A stretch of 64,000 nt of DNA from the human T2T-CHM13v2.0 reference genome, Homo sapiens, in the NCBI RefSeq assembly GCF_009914755.1, contig NC_060934.1, one strand, 5' to 3'. The notes beneath the pieces are model-generated. The model was not told the origin of the DNA. It made no database searches and saw only the letters and a list, made by a program, of their open reading frames with translations. The translations under genes and the position numbers were made by a program. Numbering within the stretch: the stretch's first letter is position 1; each line of letters begins with the position of its first letter. Below are positions 1 to 15,986 of this stretch, one piece after another.

Positions 1-944
1 AAAAAAAAAATGAATCGCCTCCCAGGGTTGCTTCAGGGTTAAGATAATTGCTGGTGGAAGCACTTGGTGTGCTGCAAGTCACCGAATCTTGTTTGTTTTT
101 GCAATCTGGACAGCAGCCCTCCAAATTTCAGGGGTTCTTAAGTTGTTTCTCAACCATTTCTTCTAGCAAAACAATGCCAGTCTTCTAGGCCCAGTTGGCC
201 AGTCCTTTGAATGGCCCGGAACCTTCTCTGGGCCCTTCCCTTTTGTTGGCAGTGCTCCTGAGTCAACAGGGAGGGGCTGGGCAGCCTGGACCCAGAGGGC
301 AAAGTGAGGGGGCCGCCTGCAATTCCTGGGAACAGATTGCAGGTCTGAGGAAAGTTCCTGCTGAGCCTGTTGCTGTCTGCGCCCCACCCCCACCTCCTGT
401 GGCCATGGTGGACCAAGCTCAGGCCTCCAGTTTCCAACCAGGAGGAGTAGGGAAACCTCCTTTTCTGCAACTGCTATCTATGCCCCAGATGGCCAAAGCA
501 GTGAATGGGCCTAGACTGGTTCTGCTGCCCTAAGTACAGGATCCAGGATGCTTGGGGGTGCCCCTGGTGCCTAGTCCTAGCATGTTGTTCTATGTGGCAC
601 AACTCTAGAGAGGGCATCCACATTGTATCCTATAGGATGGCACCCCCTGGAGTTGTGCAATGCAGACACCCAGCCAGGGACACCCCCTTCCCTCGAGTTG
701 CAGTTGTTCCCCCAAGCCTGGGTGTTCCCATTTGCTCTCTGATATCTCTGTGGGCCCTAGAGCCTGGTTCTGAGCCAGTCCACCAGGCTGGACCTCTGAC
801 ACTCAGACCTACTCCCTGTACCACACCTATCCCCAGGGATCAACTCCAGACTGCCCCTGCCTGACTCTGCCACAGCCTAGACACTGGGATTCCTCCTCAT
901 AATGCCCTACTAGGTCAGGGCACTTGGATACTAACCTTGCTTTC

Positions 945-1242
945 TTTTCTTTGTTTGTTTGTTTGAGACAGGCTCTCACTCTATCACCCAGGCTGGAGGG
1001 CAGTGGCACGCGATCTCAGCTTGCTATAGCCTCTATTTCCTGGATCCAAGCCATCCTCCTGCTTCAGCCTCCCAAATAGCTGGGACTACAGGCATGTGCC
1101 ACCACCTCTGGCTAACTTTTTTTTGTAGAGATAGGGTTTCACTATGTTGCCCAGGCTAGTTTCAAACTCCTGGGCTCAAGCAATCCACCCACCTCAGCCT
1201 CCCAAAATGTTGGGATTACAGGCATGAACCATCAAACCTGGC
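945..1242 (-). mobile_element. Alu (AluJ-like), antisense
   Basis: T-rich tail, then gagacaggctctcactctatcacccaggctggag...ttgggattacaggcatgaacc; diverged Alu reverse complement. Confidence 0.85.
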
Positions 1243-1624
1243 AACAGCAACTGTTAACTGCCCTCTTAGGCAGTGGTTGGACATCTGGGCTCAACCCTGT
1301 CAACTCCCCATTCTCTTTTCCCACAATGGCAGTCATATAAAGGTGCCTATCCTGAGTGAAATTCCAAGCATGTTGGAGCAGGATGGCCCCAGAGACCCCC
1401 AAGCCTCTGCTCTTCCTTTTACAAGCCAGAAAACAGGCCCAGAGAAGAGAGGTGACTTGTTTGAGGCAACACAGCTTATTGGTATAGGGCCAAGACTAGA
1501 ATCCAGATCCCTTGAGTCTTGCTGGGGCTACTTGGAGAGTTTATGATATTTCGATTACATTATCGTGTGAATTTTCCAGGTCTGGTCCTAGCTGGACTTT
1601 GGCACTCAGCAAGGGACTCAAGAG

Positions 1625-1822
1625 AAATCATGGATTCTCATGCTTTGGGTGCATCAGCCGCACCTGGTGAGCTTGCTAAAAATGCATATTCCTGGCGCCC
1701 CCATGGAGATTCTGACTCATTAGGTCACGGGGAGGACCCAGGCATTTGCATCTTAGCAAGCCTGGGGGGTAATTCAATGCAGGTGCAGTCCACCGATGAC
1801 ACTTAGAGAAACACTGCCCTAG
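1625..1822. mobile_element. MER5-type hAT-Charlie MITE remnant
   Basis: cacctggtgagcttgctaaaaatgcatattcctgg...gattctgactca...ggcatttgcatctt...gagaaacactg resembles MER5A/B as recalled. Confidence 0.6.
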
Positions 1823-2439
1823 ATGTCAACCAGGGACTTCCCCAGTAGCTCCTGGAATAGAAGCAGCATTTATTTTACTGGGTGGTAGGGCCATTCAAGG
1901 TAGGGGCACTTTAGTGTGAAAAAGGCTTGACAGTAGGAGGCAGAGAAAAGGAGACCAGCATGGCCATGGCAGAAGGGGCTGGTGGCAGCTGGTGGGTGGG
2001 GGAGGCGGCAAAGGATGGGGGTGGGAGCGTGTCACAGTCATCGAACTGGGTTTGGGAGCATGTGTTATGATTTTTAGTTGGGTTCGTACTTACTGTGCTC
2101 AGGCAAAAGTCAATTTTCCAATGCTGTCTTTATCTTTGTTAATGGCTGGAAGTGTTGTGGTTATTAAACAGCTCCTCGAGATCTGATGGAAGCCCTGCTG
2201 CTGAAGACAGAGAGCTGTGTGGAGTCAGCAATCCTTACTCAGAGGAGAAACAAGGAACAGGGCCACTGCCCAGGGCCGCGTTGCTGTCAGCGAGGAACTC
2301 TGGGGTCACACACACTTTCTCTCCCTCTTCCACAAGACACTACTGCTGTCAGCTCGGCCCTGCTGATTCCTGAGTCCCCCTGCATGGCACACTTAGTGTA
2401 CTCCATAGGGGCACTGTCTCTTGGCCTCTTCACAACTGG

Positions 2440-2605
2440 AGAAGCAGGTACTGTTATTCTCCCCATTTCATAGATGGAAAATGAGGCTCCGAGAGACAAA
2501 GTGGTTTGTCAAGGGTCAGACGACCAGTAAGTGGCAGAGTTGGGATTCAAACCCAGGTCCACATGACTGTCAAACCACACTCTTAGCCACTATTCTCCAC
2601 TGCCT
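2440..2605 (-). mobile_element. MIR fragment
   Basis: ccccatttcatagatggaaaatgaggctccgagaga...gtggcagagttgggattcaaacccagg: MIR core. Confidence 0.65.
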
Positions 2606-4318
2606 ACCTCCTGTTCCTGCCTCTCCCTAAAGCCTCTAGACTCTGGGTCTGCCCAGAGCTGCTTGGATAAATTAGAAAGTCTAATTTAGCAATACTGCAG
2701 TTACCTATGACTGAATTCCTGATTGTTAAATTCCAGAAACTGATTTCTCCAGTACCTCTCCTCCCTGGAAAGTAAAGAAAGGCCTCCACCCACAGCACTA
2801 TACCCAGAGAAATACTGTTTCTTCCTTCTTCTCACTTGGGAGAATATTCCAGGGGAGCTGAGTCTGAGGGCAAGAGAGGAAGGAGGGCCCCGGGGGCTGC
2901 TCAAGTTCCTCCTGTTTCAGGGAGGAGAAGAAAGAGAAGCAGCTTGCTTTCTGCTCTCAGGGGACTTGGGGACAAAGGGGAGTGATCAAAAGGGGATTTC
3001 CCACAGCCCCAAAATGCTAGCCGGATTGCACTTGTGACCTCTCCTTCCTGAGTGAAACTAGATTGTTGACTTGCCTGCCACCTGTTTCCAACATGGAGTA
3101 GAGATGTTGCACATACATGATGCCATGTGTCCAGATTAAGACAACAAAAAATTATAAACAAGGATTGAAGAAAGTTGGAGGCAGCAAATATATGGTCTGT
3201 AAGGGCTCATACAGCAAGAGATGTGACTAGAAGCCTCCTGGGAGCCAAGGCAGAAAGAAAAAAAAAAAAAAACATGCTCTGTCCTTAGGCTGGAGAGAGC
3301 ATTCCAGGTTATCTGGGGAGATTGTTCTACTTGACTCTATATTCTGGAATAATTCTCCTGAGGGACAGTACAGAGGTACTGAGAGGTGTTGGAAAAATCC
3401 TTAGGGAGCTCACAGCCCAACATTGGAGAAGAGCATAGTGGGAGCCCCTCTGGAGGGGACACTGGGATGGCTTCTGGTCTGTGTGAACTGGTTCCTGATG
3501 TCGGGGCAACACCTCCCAGTGTCCGAAGGCCTGATCCTTGCTCACACCTGCCCAGCCACCTGAGAGTGAGTATGCTGGCTGGAGTTCATGAATTTTTGTT
3601 TGGGTTTATTTTCAAGCTCTGTTTTTCAAATTTCTCTGTTAAGTGGCTGAACTTCCAGGAACCAGTGTTCACAGGCCAAGGAGGAGGCCACCATCATCTC
3701 TACTACCTGAGTGCCCTGCCACACCCACCTGACAATAGAGAGCTCTAGGGTGGGGCCCCTGCTCTTTGGATTGTTGGGGGAAATAAACCTCTCCAGCATT
3801 TATTCTTTGGGGTTACCCCAAACGGATGACCACAGCCAGGAGGGAACAAAGCCTGACTGGGAAGTGCTGATTCTCTCTGGCAGTTTGGGAACTTCCCCTC
3901 AAACCTGTCTGATAAGGAGCGGCCTAGGGAGGAGGGGTGCAAAAGGTGTGCCCCGTTTGCCCGTGAGATCTCTCACCATCACTGTATGCAAGCCTAGGAA
4001 GAACAGAGCTTTCTGGCTCAGGGACAGATCTCCATGCTGGGAATCAGGACCTTGAGTTCCTGGGTCAAATCCACAATGAACTCATTCTGAGATGTAGGCA
4101 AATGTTTACCTTCTGTTGCTTCGGTTTTCCCATCTGTGCATTTGATGTGTGCCTTGTGCGTGCCAGAGGTTTTTGGGAAGAAAATAAGAGTGGAGACTTG
4201 CTGTCAATCACAAGGTGGGGGGTGGTCACTTCTCTACCTGAATCTCCCACATGGGCCTGTGGGGAGCTATGGTCCTTATTACCATCCTCCTGCCCCCAGC
4301 AGGGGAGCCTACCCATGA

Positions 4319-5003
<685 letters not shown>

Positions 5004-8000
5004 AGGCCCCTCTTTTATAGCCCTTATCATGTTTCCTTGTTATCTGTTTATAGATTTGCCTCTGCAGTAGTCATTGAGTCTCCAAGGTCAAGAAGTGTAT
5101 CCTGCTTCCCCTGTGCACACTGGTATCCCCACTACAGAGCAGATACCAGTGAATGTTAGTTGAAGGACTAAGTTATCTGTTGCTCACTTCTGGGACTTGC
5201 TGGAGCAACAGAGACCTGAGTCCTAAGTCTCTGCCCAGTCACACACTGCCCAGGTACCAACCCATGGTACCTCTGCCCAAGTACCATGAGGACTGGCACA
5301 GCTGGCTGGCTCTAGGAGCAGGGTGGGTCCTTGGAGCAGTGCCAGGGAGCACCCTACCCGCCCACCACCTTCCCTCCCCCTACCCATCCTTCCCTTCCCT
5401 GGTCCCCCTACCCCAGGGCTGGCAGTTGGCTCTGAAAGTGGATAACACAGCCCTGCTTATGTTGCCCAAAGCTTGGCCTTTTAACAGCTGGCTTCTTCTA
5501 TAGCCACAGAGCCAGGGCTCCTGTGTAGGCTGCATCTCTGTGTCCCCAGGGGCATCTCCTCCCCAAACCTGTCTGTCCTCACTCTGCACCTCCACCTAGC
5601 CAGGCCCACCCAGTTCTCTAGGACCTTCCCAGGCAGAGCTGAGAACAAAGCAGGGTTTATGACAGTTCTGTCAACACTGGGTAGATGGCCTTGGTTCACC
5701 CTGCACTTTGCAAACCACGCCTGCCTGACTGCCTGCCTGATGCCCACACCTATTCAATGCCTCCAAAGACCCAAGGGCTGCAGGGAGGCTCCTGGCACCT
5801 TCCTCTCTTCATGTCTAAAAAGCACTGGGAGACTTGGGTCACTGAGTGGGAATTTCACAGCCCTGGAAGAGAGAGACCTTGGTCTAGATTGATTAGGCCA
5901 GCCAGATGATTAATAATTAAACTTGACCTGTTCCCAGACACACACATACCCTGCAGCCAGGAATTACCAGAGAGTAGGGGCTGAGAAGGAGGCTTTGAAG
6001 CTTGGCATGGGACCAGCTCTGAAAGCCCCCAGGGAACTAGGCCTCTTAGTCTCAGGGGTTCCTCCCCACCTATCCCAGGTCTACAAATCCACCTCCTAAT
6101 AAAACCTTACTGACTTTTTCCACAGGCTCTGAGCTCAGAGCAGGCCTTTGGCAATCCCTAGGGTGCAGGCAGCCTTGGCAGCTCTGCTCTGGGGTGGGAT
6201 TTGCAAAGCAGTTTGGACTTCAGCTGCACCTGTGTTGACACACGATTTCTTCCTGAGCTCCTCCTGAGCACAGCCTCTCCCCTTATTTATATTCCCATTG
6301 CTGAGCACCCAGCAAAGGGCATGGCACACTCAGCATACCCAGGACTGGCTTCTTGCATGATCCTGTCACAGCAACAGCGTTCAGCTCAGAGAGGTGGGAA
6401 CTGGCCAGTCAGGGTGCAGCCCACCCACATCAGCAAGAGCCTCCTGAGCTCTCCCAGGGGTCTTCTCCAACCATGAGAACACTGAGACTCCACAGCTGGC
6501 TGCTGGACACTATAGAGGCCAAGGACCCAAACACTAGGGTGCAGCTGGGTGGCCAAAGTGGGGCTCCCTTCCTCCCTCTCTCTGTAGACTCATCCTCCCA
6601 GCTTTTCCCTTGTTTTTCCTAAGGTCCTGGGGAAGCATGATCTTCTCCCCGTAGGCTGCCTTCCTGCTGCCCCTTCCTCCTTCCAGCTCCACATTTCCCC
6701 AGTTATGAGGCTTCTTCATCTGGGGGAGGCCACTCATCAGCATGTTGTCCAGCCTTTTGTGGCTAGTTTTTACTTCAGGTGTGGGGATAGGAGTGTGACT
6801 TCGGCCCCTCTGATGCCTTGGTCTCGAGCCAGCTAGGCTAATGCAACCCTTCTGCTTTGGGATGAGACAAATCCCCCAAGCTCTCTGCAGCCCAGATTTC
6901 CCACCTGAGACAGCCCAGCCAGCCCAGGAAAGCCATATGAACCCTATGCTGCCCATCCTGCTTCTTCCACTGAATTGCAGGGTGACTTGATTGGGTCACT
7001 TCCTTTTCCCCCTACCTCCCCTCCTCACCCCCAGGCCTTTTCCTCTCTGGAAATGAGACCATCATCCTGGCCCAGCCTCCTTCCCTCCTGGTGTGACGTA
7101 GCAGAGAAAGACATCAACCTATTATTTAAACACGTGTGTGCAAGTGCCTGTGTCTGTCCACATGTGCATGTGTGCAAGTGTGTATGCGTGCATATGAAGC
7201 TCCCTGAGAGCTGTCACGTTTGGCAGTTTCAAATCTGAGCCTTCCCGGGATGCCCCATCACAGGTAACACTCCCATCCATCCTGGCCCTGGGCTGCAGCC
7301 GCTCTATCTGCCTGTTTCTTTTGGCTCCTGGTTCAACAAGTATTCCTGTGGGACTATGCAAAGCCTCTATCTCTTTCCTCATCCTTGCTAAAGAAAATTT
7401 TAACTGCCAAGCATTTACTCCTCTCTCTTTTTCTTATTAAGTAGAGCAGCTCAATCAGCAGGGTTGGGGAAGAGCCAGAGGAGCGGGGCTGGGGAGAGGC
7501 CCACCAAGGATGGTTGAGATGGACTTCCAGAGAGAAGAGGAAAAAGCGGGGGAGGAAGAAAGAGAACACACTCTCACACTCTTTCTGGGGAAGCAGTCAG
7601 GGATGTTTTGAGGTGTTTTGGTGGAGAGTAGAGAGAGAATGTGAGGCTTCTGGGTTAAATCTCCAAAAAAAGGAGAGATTTAACGACATGTTGCTATGTA
7701 TTGCATATCTGATCTCACTTTATGTTCTTTGAAAGATCCGAATAATATTTTTCATCTAAGAGGGCATCAATTGTAACTCTCTCATCTTTATTTTTTGTAC
7801 AATTAAGAAAACGACACAGTCAATTAAACTCTAACACACATTTGTTAAATACATCCTAGTTTCAGGAATGTTAAAATGTAAAAAAAATTGTGTGTATTAA
7901 AATATATGGATAAAGTTCTTTTAGATTTTTTAATACACAACATGCTGGGACTGGACTGCATGGGGCTCTTAAACTTCTTCTGCTGACAGTCGTGCATCTG

Positions 8001-8216
8001 GGTCAGGTCCTCTCCTCCTCACCCTGTTTTCACCCTGTAGCCCTCATAGCACCTACTGCATGTGCCTGCACATAAGACAAACTCATTTAAGCAGTTAAAG
8101 GTTGAGCAATCACGTATTCTCAAGGGGCTGTAGTCAAGTCCTCTCCTAGTCTTCATAGATTTTTTTTTTTCATTTTAATGACAATCTGAAAGATGGGTAG
8201 AAAAATAGGTACATGC

Positions 8217-8586
<370 letters not shown>

Positions 8587-11270
8587 TCAAATGACTTGAC
8601 CCCTCCACCCCCCACACCCACCCATGTATGTTTAGGTTTACGATAGCGTTGGTGCCCATAGTGTATTGATTGCTCTGATTATCCCAGGCTCTTGAGGAGA
8701 GTATTGATGGAGACTTAGTACACAAAGAACATATTTGTGCATGCAGAAGGCAGTGTGGTTTGCAGTGGTTTAAGAAAGAAATGTCTTTAGAGACTGGGGA
8801 CAGATCAGATTGCCTGAAGGGAAGGAGGTTTTATGGCAGAGCCCTTAAAGACTTCCATCATCTGAGGGATATGCAAAGAGCCTGAGAAGCAGCGGCCAGA
8901 GAATTAGGAGGAAATCTGGGAAAAGTATGGCATCGAGGACATCTGAGAATGAGAATATTTCAGGAGTGAAGAGTTTTGTTTACTAGAGTTGAATGCTCCT
9001 GATTGGTTGTATTAGTTCAGTGTTTCAGTAATTCTGAGAGTAAGTAAGTAGATTCAGAGTGTTAAATGGCAAAAGTGAAAAAGCTCAGACAGGTCAAATC
9101 GCATTTGAGTGAGTGCCATTTTTAAACTGCAATGGCTGGTGTGACATAATGAATTTCCATTGACTTATGAATGGTCTAGAGAATCATTCTCCATCCCCAG
9201 CTTCTAATATCTGAATCCCTTTTGCCTTGATCTATCAGCCATGCCTGAAGACCCACTGGATTCCAATTCCTGAATCAAGTCTGGCTAAGATAGGGAACAT
9301 ATAAACAGTCATACCCCAACATTGTTGATGGGAGCCACAGAGAGAAGCACCTGCCCTTGCAAACACACATAGTACCCACCACTGCAGACACACACACAAC
9401 CTGACCAAACCTGGGTCTGGTTGCCTCATCCTGCCTGCTGGGCTAAGCCAGACTGGCTGCAGGACATGGTGCCCTCAGGGGCAGGGATCCTGCCTAAGAA
9501 TCTTTTCATCACCTTTAATCCATTCTCCTGCCTGGTGCTGGCCTCAGGTTCTCCCAGGAATAGGCCCAGCCACTAGCCTAGGCACTAACTTCTTTTACCC
9601 TATTGAACTGATGTTTTACATAAGTTATTTTTGCCTGTGCAATATCCCTTCCCTCTTGTTCCTGCAAGAAAACCACTGCTTATTGCGGGAACCCATTCCC
9701 TGTGATTTGCATGGGCCCATCTGTCCTGTCCTTCCCAGAGAGGTGTTCACATGATCCAAGCCTGATTAATCAGAGAACCTCATCCTCCTCATCACAGCAA
9801 TTGATTCAGGATGAGGAACGTAATCCAAATGGGCCAATCAAAATGTTCCCTGTGATTTTGTCAGTACCATCAAAAAGACACACTCTAATTCTGAGGTTGC
9901 TAGCTGTAAGTCAATGGTTCTCGAAGTGTGGTCTGCAGATCCCTGCATGAAGTCAAAACTATTTTTATAACCACATTGAGATTTTATGTGCCTTTCTCAC
10001 TGTGTTGACATTCACACTGATGGGGCAAAAACAATGGTGGGTAAAACCACTAGCACCTTTGCTGTTCTGTGGGAAAAAGTGAGAGGCTAGGAGGCTGAGC
10101 GGTAGTCAAATGAACGCTGTGCTGCCCATGCTCTGCCCTGTAGTTACAGAGATCATGTCCACTGTCATACAGCTCCAGGGCACCATGTAATATGGTAGTC
10201 TATGAGAGTGGTCCCATCAGAGTTGTTCAGTGCACAACCTACATGGGTGTGCCCAGTGGTCCTGAGAGCTGTGCTCTCCAAACTATGTTCCATGTGACTC
10301 TGGTGCCACAAAATACAACTCACAAAAGAATGCCACAGTTAAATAAGCTTGGGAAGGCTGCATTCTATATACTTCTCTCTTGAGACTCTCAATGGAAAGC
10401 CACACAGAAAGGTTTCACAATCAAGTAACCTGGTTATTTTATTAACCCCTGTTTTCCCCAACTATTTCACCATGCAATCATTTTAATTCAAGAAATATTT
10501 ATAATGTACCATGGAACACTGAGCTTTAGCAAATGCTCTTAAACACCATTACAAACTTCATGACAGCAGAGACTGTCTTATTTTCTGCAGTGTGCAGTAT
10601 GCTCATGGCCTGATACGGTGCCTGACACATGAGAGACCCTTGAAAAATTTGTTGAATAGATTAATGAATCCATGAATGATTGATGCTTTCACAAGTATCT
10701 GATCTCCTTAGTATTCTCTATATTTACAAAAGGTGAGGTCCTTGTAGTGCATTATTTATGTTATTTTGCCAACACTGAACTCTGTGCTGTGGTCAGTTGT
10801 CTTCCCAAAATGATATGTTTTTCAGGATGCAGTGAGATTTTATGCATTTGATTGTGTTCCCTCCGTGAGCGGGGCTGGGCAAGCACGACTGTTTCCCATT
10901 ACCCAGCCTCTCTGAGGCCGCCCTTCTTCTGTGGTTTGAGGTGGAGAAGCAGCACAGGCAAGCCCTTCCCAGCGGTTTTTGTGTGGTTGACAGAGACCTA
11001 ATGCCAGCTTTGGAAAAGGAAAGGCCTTTAGCAGCTCTGACTCTGCTCAGTTGGGAAATAACGAAGCCCCTGGGACGTATTCTCTGGAGTTGTCAGGCTC
11101 AGACTTGTGTTTCCTTCTTTGAGAAGGAAGGGGCACCAAGAACAGGAGTGAAAGTGTCTTGGAAACCCCAAGGTTTTAGAAAATGCAGGACTTGGAAGAT
11201 TGAGGCCAGAAAGAGAGAGAGCGAGAGAGAGAGAGAATGAGAATACTTTACTCTCTAGTATCCTCAAGTG

Positions 11271-11915
11271 CAGGGGCTGACAAACTACAGCCTGAAGCCA
11301 AATCCAGCCCACTGTCTGTTTTTGTGCTGCCCTCAAGCTAAGAATCAATAAAAAAATTAAAAGAATATTTTATGACATATGCGAATTATATGAAAATCAA
11401 ATATGAAATACATAAAATCTCTTTACACATCAGCATTAGCAGATGAACATTTGCAATTGATTTTAATGATAGAACACTTTGAGCCCCAACTAAGGAAAAT
11501 GCTATTTATGAAAAAAGAATTTTAATCTTCTTATTAGGAGATATGTTTTATCTAAAAACTGTATTCATTATTATACTTTGAACTTCACTAATACGAATAT
11601 CATAGGAATTTGTTTTCTCTTCTGCTTTTTAAGTACCTATATCATAACCTCGATTTTGCCACTTGCCTGGGAATCCCAGATTTGTTTTGAGACAGAGTCT
11701 CACTCTGTTGCCAAGGTTGGAGTGCTGTGGTGCCATCAGGCTTATTACCCTGCCAGGCTCAAGCAATCCTCCCACCTCAGCCTCCCAAATAGCTGGACTA
11801 TAGGTACTTGCCACCATGCCCAGCTGATTTTTAATTTATTTTGTAGGGGCGAGGTCTTACTATGTTGCCCAGATGTACTAGCTGATTGCTTACAGAAAAT
11901 GTCTGCCAATCCCCG
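11271..11915. mobile_element. MER58-type hAT MITE interrupted by an antisense Alu fragment (~11685-11872)
   Basis: Starts caggggctgacaaactacagcctg..aaatccagccc, ends ttacagaaaatgtctgccaatcccc; Alu sequence gagacagagtctcactctgttgcc inside. Confidence 0.6.
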
Positions 11916-13229
11916 CTCAAGTGGATTATCTTCAATGACTTAAGCTGTTTTATATGGCAGGGGAAAAGGGAGCCTAAGTAGATTCTTCCTATATTCATTT
12001 AGTCACCAGGTTCTTCTAGGAGTCTTCTATGGTCCTGAGTGTGCAATTGGTGAACAAAGCGGACACATGGACATGGTCACTGTCCTCAGGGACTTTACTA
12101 TCCAGAGGCAGGTCACTGGAAATTGATCAGCCTGCATGTACATGTCGATAGGATGATGAGTCAAAGTGAACCCTGACAGCTTTGGAATTTGAAGTGTGTC
12201 AGCTGGTCAGTGAGTCACATTGCCCAGGGCACGGCTACCTAGAAGTGCTCTGTGTGAAACCTACCGGGAGGAAGGATCAGGTGAGTGCCATGAGACCAGC
12301 AGGGGAAAAGCCAAGTCCAGGAATGTCAACCAGGATAGGGCTGCTCTGTCATATTGATTCAGGCAGTTGGTCAGAGAGTTAGGCAAAAGCAGCACCAGCA
12401 CATGAAAAACAAGGTGGAGAGCGGCATCCCAGGGCAAAGCTGCCTGCTAAGGCCTTCTTCACATTTTCTGCCTAGGGTAGCTAATGAGATGCCTTAGCCT
12501 CTAAGAGCTCAAGACTCCTGAGCACAGCAAGGGTGCAGGGATGGTCCTCTCAGGAGGCTAAGTACTTCTTTGTAACTTTGTTTCATTTATAACTTTGTTT
12601 CATTTCTTTGTTTCATTTGTAGCTTCGTTTCATTTCTTCAGATTAGAAATTTTTCTTTCCTTATGGCTGCAGCCTTTAGAGGAGTCCACAGTAATCGCCT
12701 TTTGTCCTCTCAGAAAATCTGTGGATAAGACAACAGGCACATCATCTTTCTCACAACTTACCACTGAGGAAACGGTACAGAGAGGAAGAAAAAAAGCATC
12801 CCAGAAAGGCAATCTAGATCGCTCAGTGACTACCGCCTAGCACCTCCAGGAACAGAGGCAAAAGTTGAAAGCAGGGTGTGTCCCCAGGACATCCCTGCAA
12901 CTCACCCTTTCTCCTCTGCTTCCAGAAACATCCAAGCAATGCCTCTAGGGCTAGTCATAGACTTAATCTTGTCTGCCTGGGTCCTTAAGATCTCAGATAG
13001 AATCCTGTAAGCTATTCTTGCTAACCCTATACCTCGGGAGCAGCCTAGCAATGTGAAATGAACATGGGCTTTGGGGCCGAATGAACCTCACCCAGAGCCT
13101 GGTTCTGCTACTCAGTAGCTCCATTATTTGACCTTGGCAATGACAACTTCTATAAGCCTCAGTAAATTTACATACAAAGCAGAGAGAATACTTTCAACTA
13201 TAAAAAATGCGTGTAAAGAGAAGAGTCTT

Positions 13230-14330
13230 CTTCCTCACCAATCCAATACCCTTCCCAGACTTGTATTAATAATGCTTTGGTTCAAATACCTCCAGATTTT
13301 CCCTAGGCTTATACTGACACAAATATGTATAGATATAGATACACATGCATATTTTCACAAGCTACATATTACTGTACATATTGATCTGACACTTGCTTTG
13401 TTTCTATTCAACAATATGTGTATCATTTCAAGTCAACACAGATAAAATATTGTACTATTCAGTGACTGTATAATATTCCCTAATATGGATAAATGATAAT
13501 TAACACAACCTACTGATGGATGTTTTTCTTGGTTTAAATGTTTTTCTATTACAAATCTTGCTGCAATGGATGTACAGGTTTATGAATCTGTGTTATTATT
13601 TCTGTAAGACAGAGTACTGAACATGGGGTTGCTGGGTCAAAAAGGACACACATTTAACATTTTAGTAGATTCTATGAAATCACCTTCCTCCCAAAGTTGT
13701 GCCAGTCTACACTTGCATTAGCAGTGTGTGAGAGAACTCCAGATATCCTTGCAAGCACTCTGTACTATCAAGTTTTTAATTATTGCATTTCCTTGACAAC
13801 AGAGAACATCTTTTTATGTTTATGGGCCATTTGCCTTTCCTCTGTGAATTCTTTGTTTATATTTCTTTCCTATTTATCTATTTGGATGTTTGAGTTGTTC
13901 TTACTTATAGGCACTTTTTGTACATTAAGCATAAACATCTGTTGGCAGAGAGAAAAGACACTGTGTTTTGAAGCTCCCAGGGGTGAGTATCAGGGTCTGA
14001 AGCAGGTACTGAACTGCCAGAGGTCTGTGTTTGATATTAGGAATATTAATCTTTCATGTTTTAAGTGTTGCAAATATTTTACCTAGGTCTATCATTTTTT
14101 TAAACTTTGTGCTGTCTTTCATCATGTGGAAGTTTAAAATGTTTCAATATTCAAATCTATAATAGTTTTCTTCATGGCTTCTGGGTTTCCTGTCTTGTGT
14201 AAGCAGTCTCCCCATGCTGATGTTATCTAATTATTTTCCTCTGTTTGCTTATAATACTTTTATGGCTCCATATATTTATAATTGCATCTTTAGTATATCA
14301 GAAATTTACATTTGGAATAGATGAAGAATT
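13230..14330 (-). mobile_element. Old L1 (L1M-type) 3' fragment
   Basis: Diverged antisense L1 motifs (gttgctgggtcaaa, ccaaagttgtgccagtctacacttgcattagcagtgtgtgag, ggccatttgcctttcctctgtgaatt); ends approximate. Confidence 0.55.
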
Positions 14331-15031
14331 TATATTCTCAGCATACAGGATGTGTTTCTGAGGTTGTCTTCTCTCATCACTCTAAATGTACTGGGGGGGC
14401 TCATTTTTGAGTAAAAGAGGTCAATATCAAATATGATCCCATTATTGTACTCACTTATATAAACAATTCTACAATTTGTTAATGTTGATTATTAACTAGA
14501 ATGTTAATACTGGTTATTTCTATGTGATGGGTTGCAGATATTAACTTTTTCATCTTATCACCTATATTTTCTTTTTCTACATAAACAATTATGATTTGTG
14601 TAGTGAAATGTATTTAAAGAAAAAAGTGTCAGGAGGGCTGCTATTGTCGATATCTCATATTGGGCAGCCACCTTGGTGGCCTTGAAAAGCACCAGACCGT
14701 AAGCTCCTTGAGGGCAGCCCCATGCTTCTTGGGTGCCTCTCCTTATCCCAGGGCACAGTGAGTCCCAGACAGAGGTGTGTAGCTCAATGGGTTGCATTTC
14801 TCTACAAGCCCACAGTGTTTACCCCGATGTGAAGATAACAGCTCCACTCACTGAACAAAGACATTTCTTCTGATTGCAAATTTTATTTCCCAATTCCCCC
14901 TTTTAGCGCCTCCCACAGTGGGTGTGGCATCTGTGTTGGGAAAAGTTCACACTCTAAATACAAGTGAAGGCATAATGAATTTACGTTCCAGGCCAACTCA
15001 TCAACAAGCATGTTTGTTAGTATCATTTCTA

Positions 15032-15385
<354 letters not shown>

Positions 15386-15986
15386 TCACTGTCCTAGTGG
15401 TTAATTTGGGTAGTGTTTTATACATTTTCAGTACAATAGCATCTCTATTATTTGATTTGATCCTTGGACAAAACTCTGGCATGCAGAGAACAGGTATAAT
15501 TGTGTCCTCCAGAGCACTCGTGAAAGAGTTATGTATTTTCCCATATATGAAATTTCAAGATATTGAAAAGTTTCCCCCTTAAGCACCAAAACTTTATTTA
15601 CTAGAAACATTTGTAAGAAAATTTTCCTAAAATAACATTCGGTAAAGCCCTGCCTTGTTAAACAGTAGTTACAGAGTACAATCATTTGAAATTTCCTTGG
15701 AAAGCCTTTGTAAGCATCAATTGTCATACCAGGCTCCTAGGCAGATGGCTTTGTAGATACTGCCACGTGTAAATGCCTTTGCCCTAGTACTAAACGGTTC
15801 CCATTGCTTTGGAAGATCTTGCTTCTGCCCTACAGTTTTTCTTTCCATTTCCTTGCTCTCTCTCTGCTTTTTTATGTTTCTATCAGCAATCAGTGTGCCT
15901 ATCTCTAGCAGCTGAACTTCCTGCTCATCAATTGTTTGTCATCTATGATAGGCTCGGAAGCCAGAAAACCAAGCATATTCTCAACA

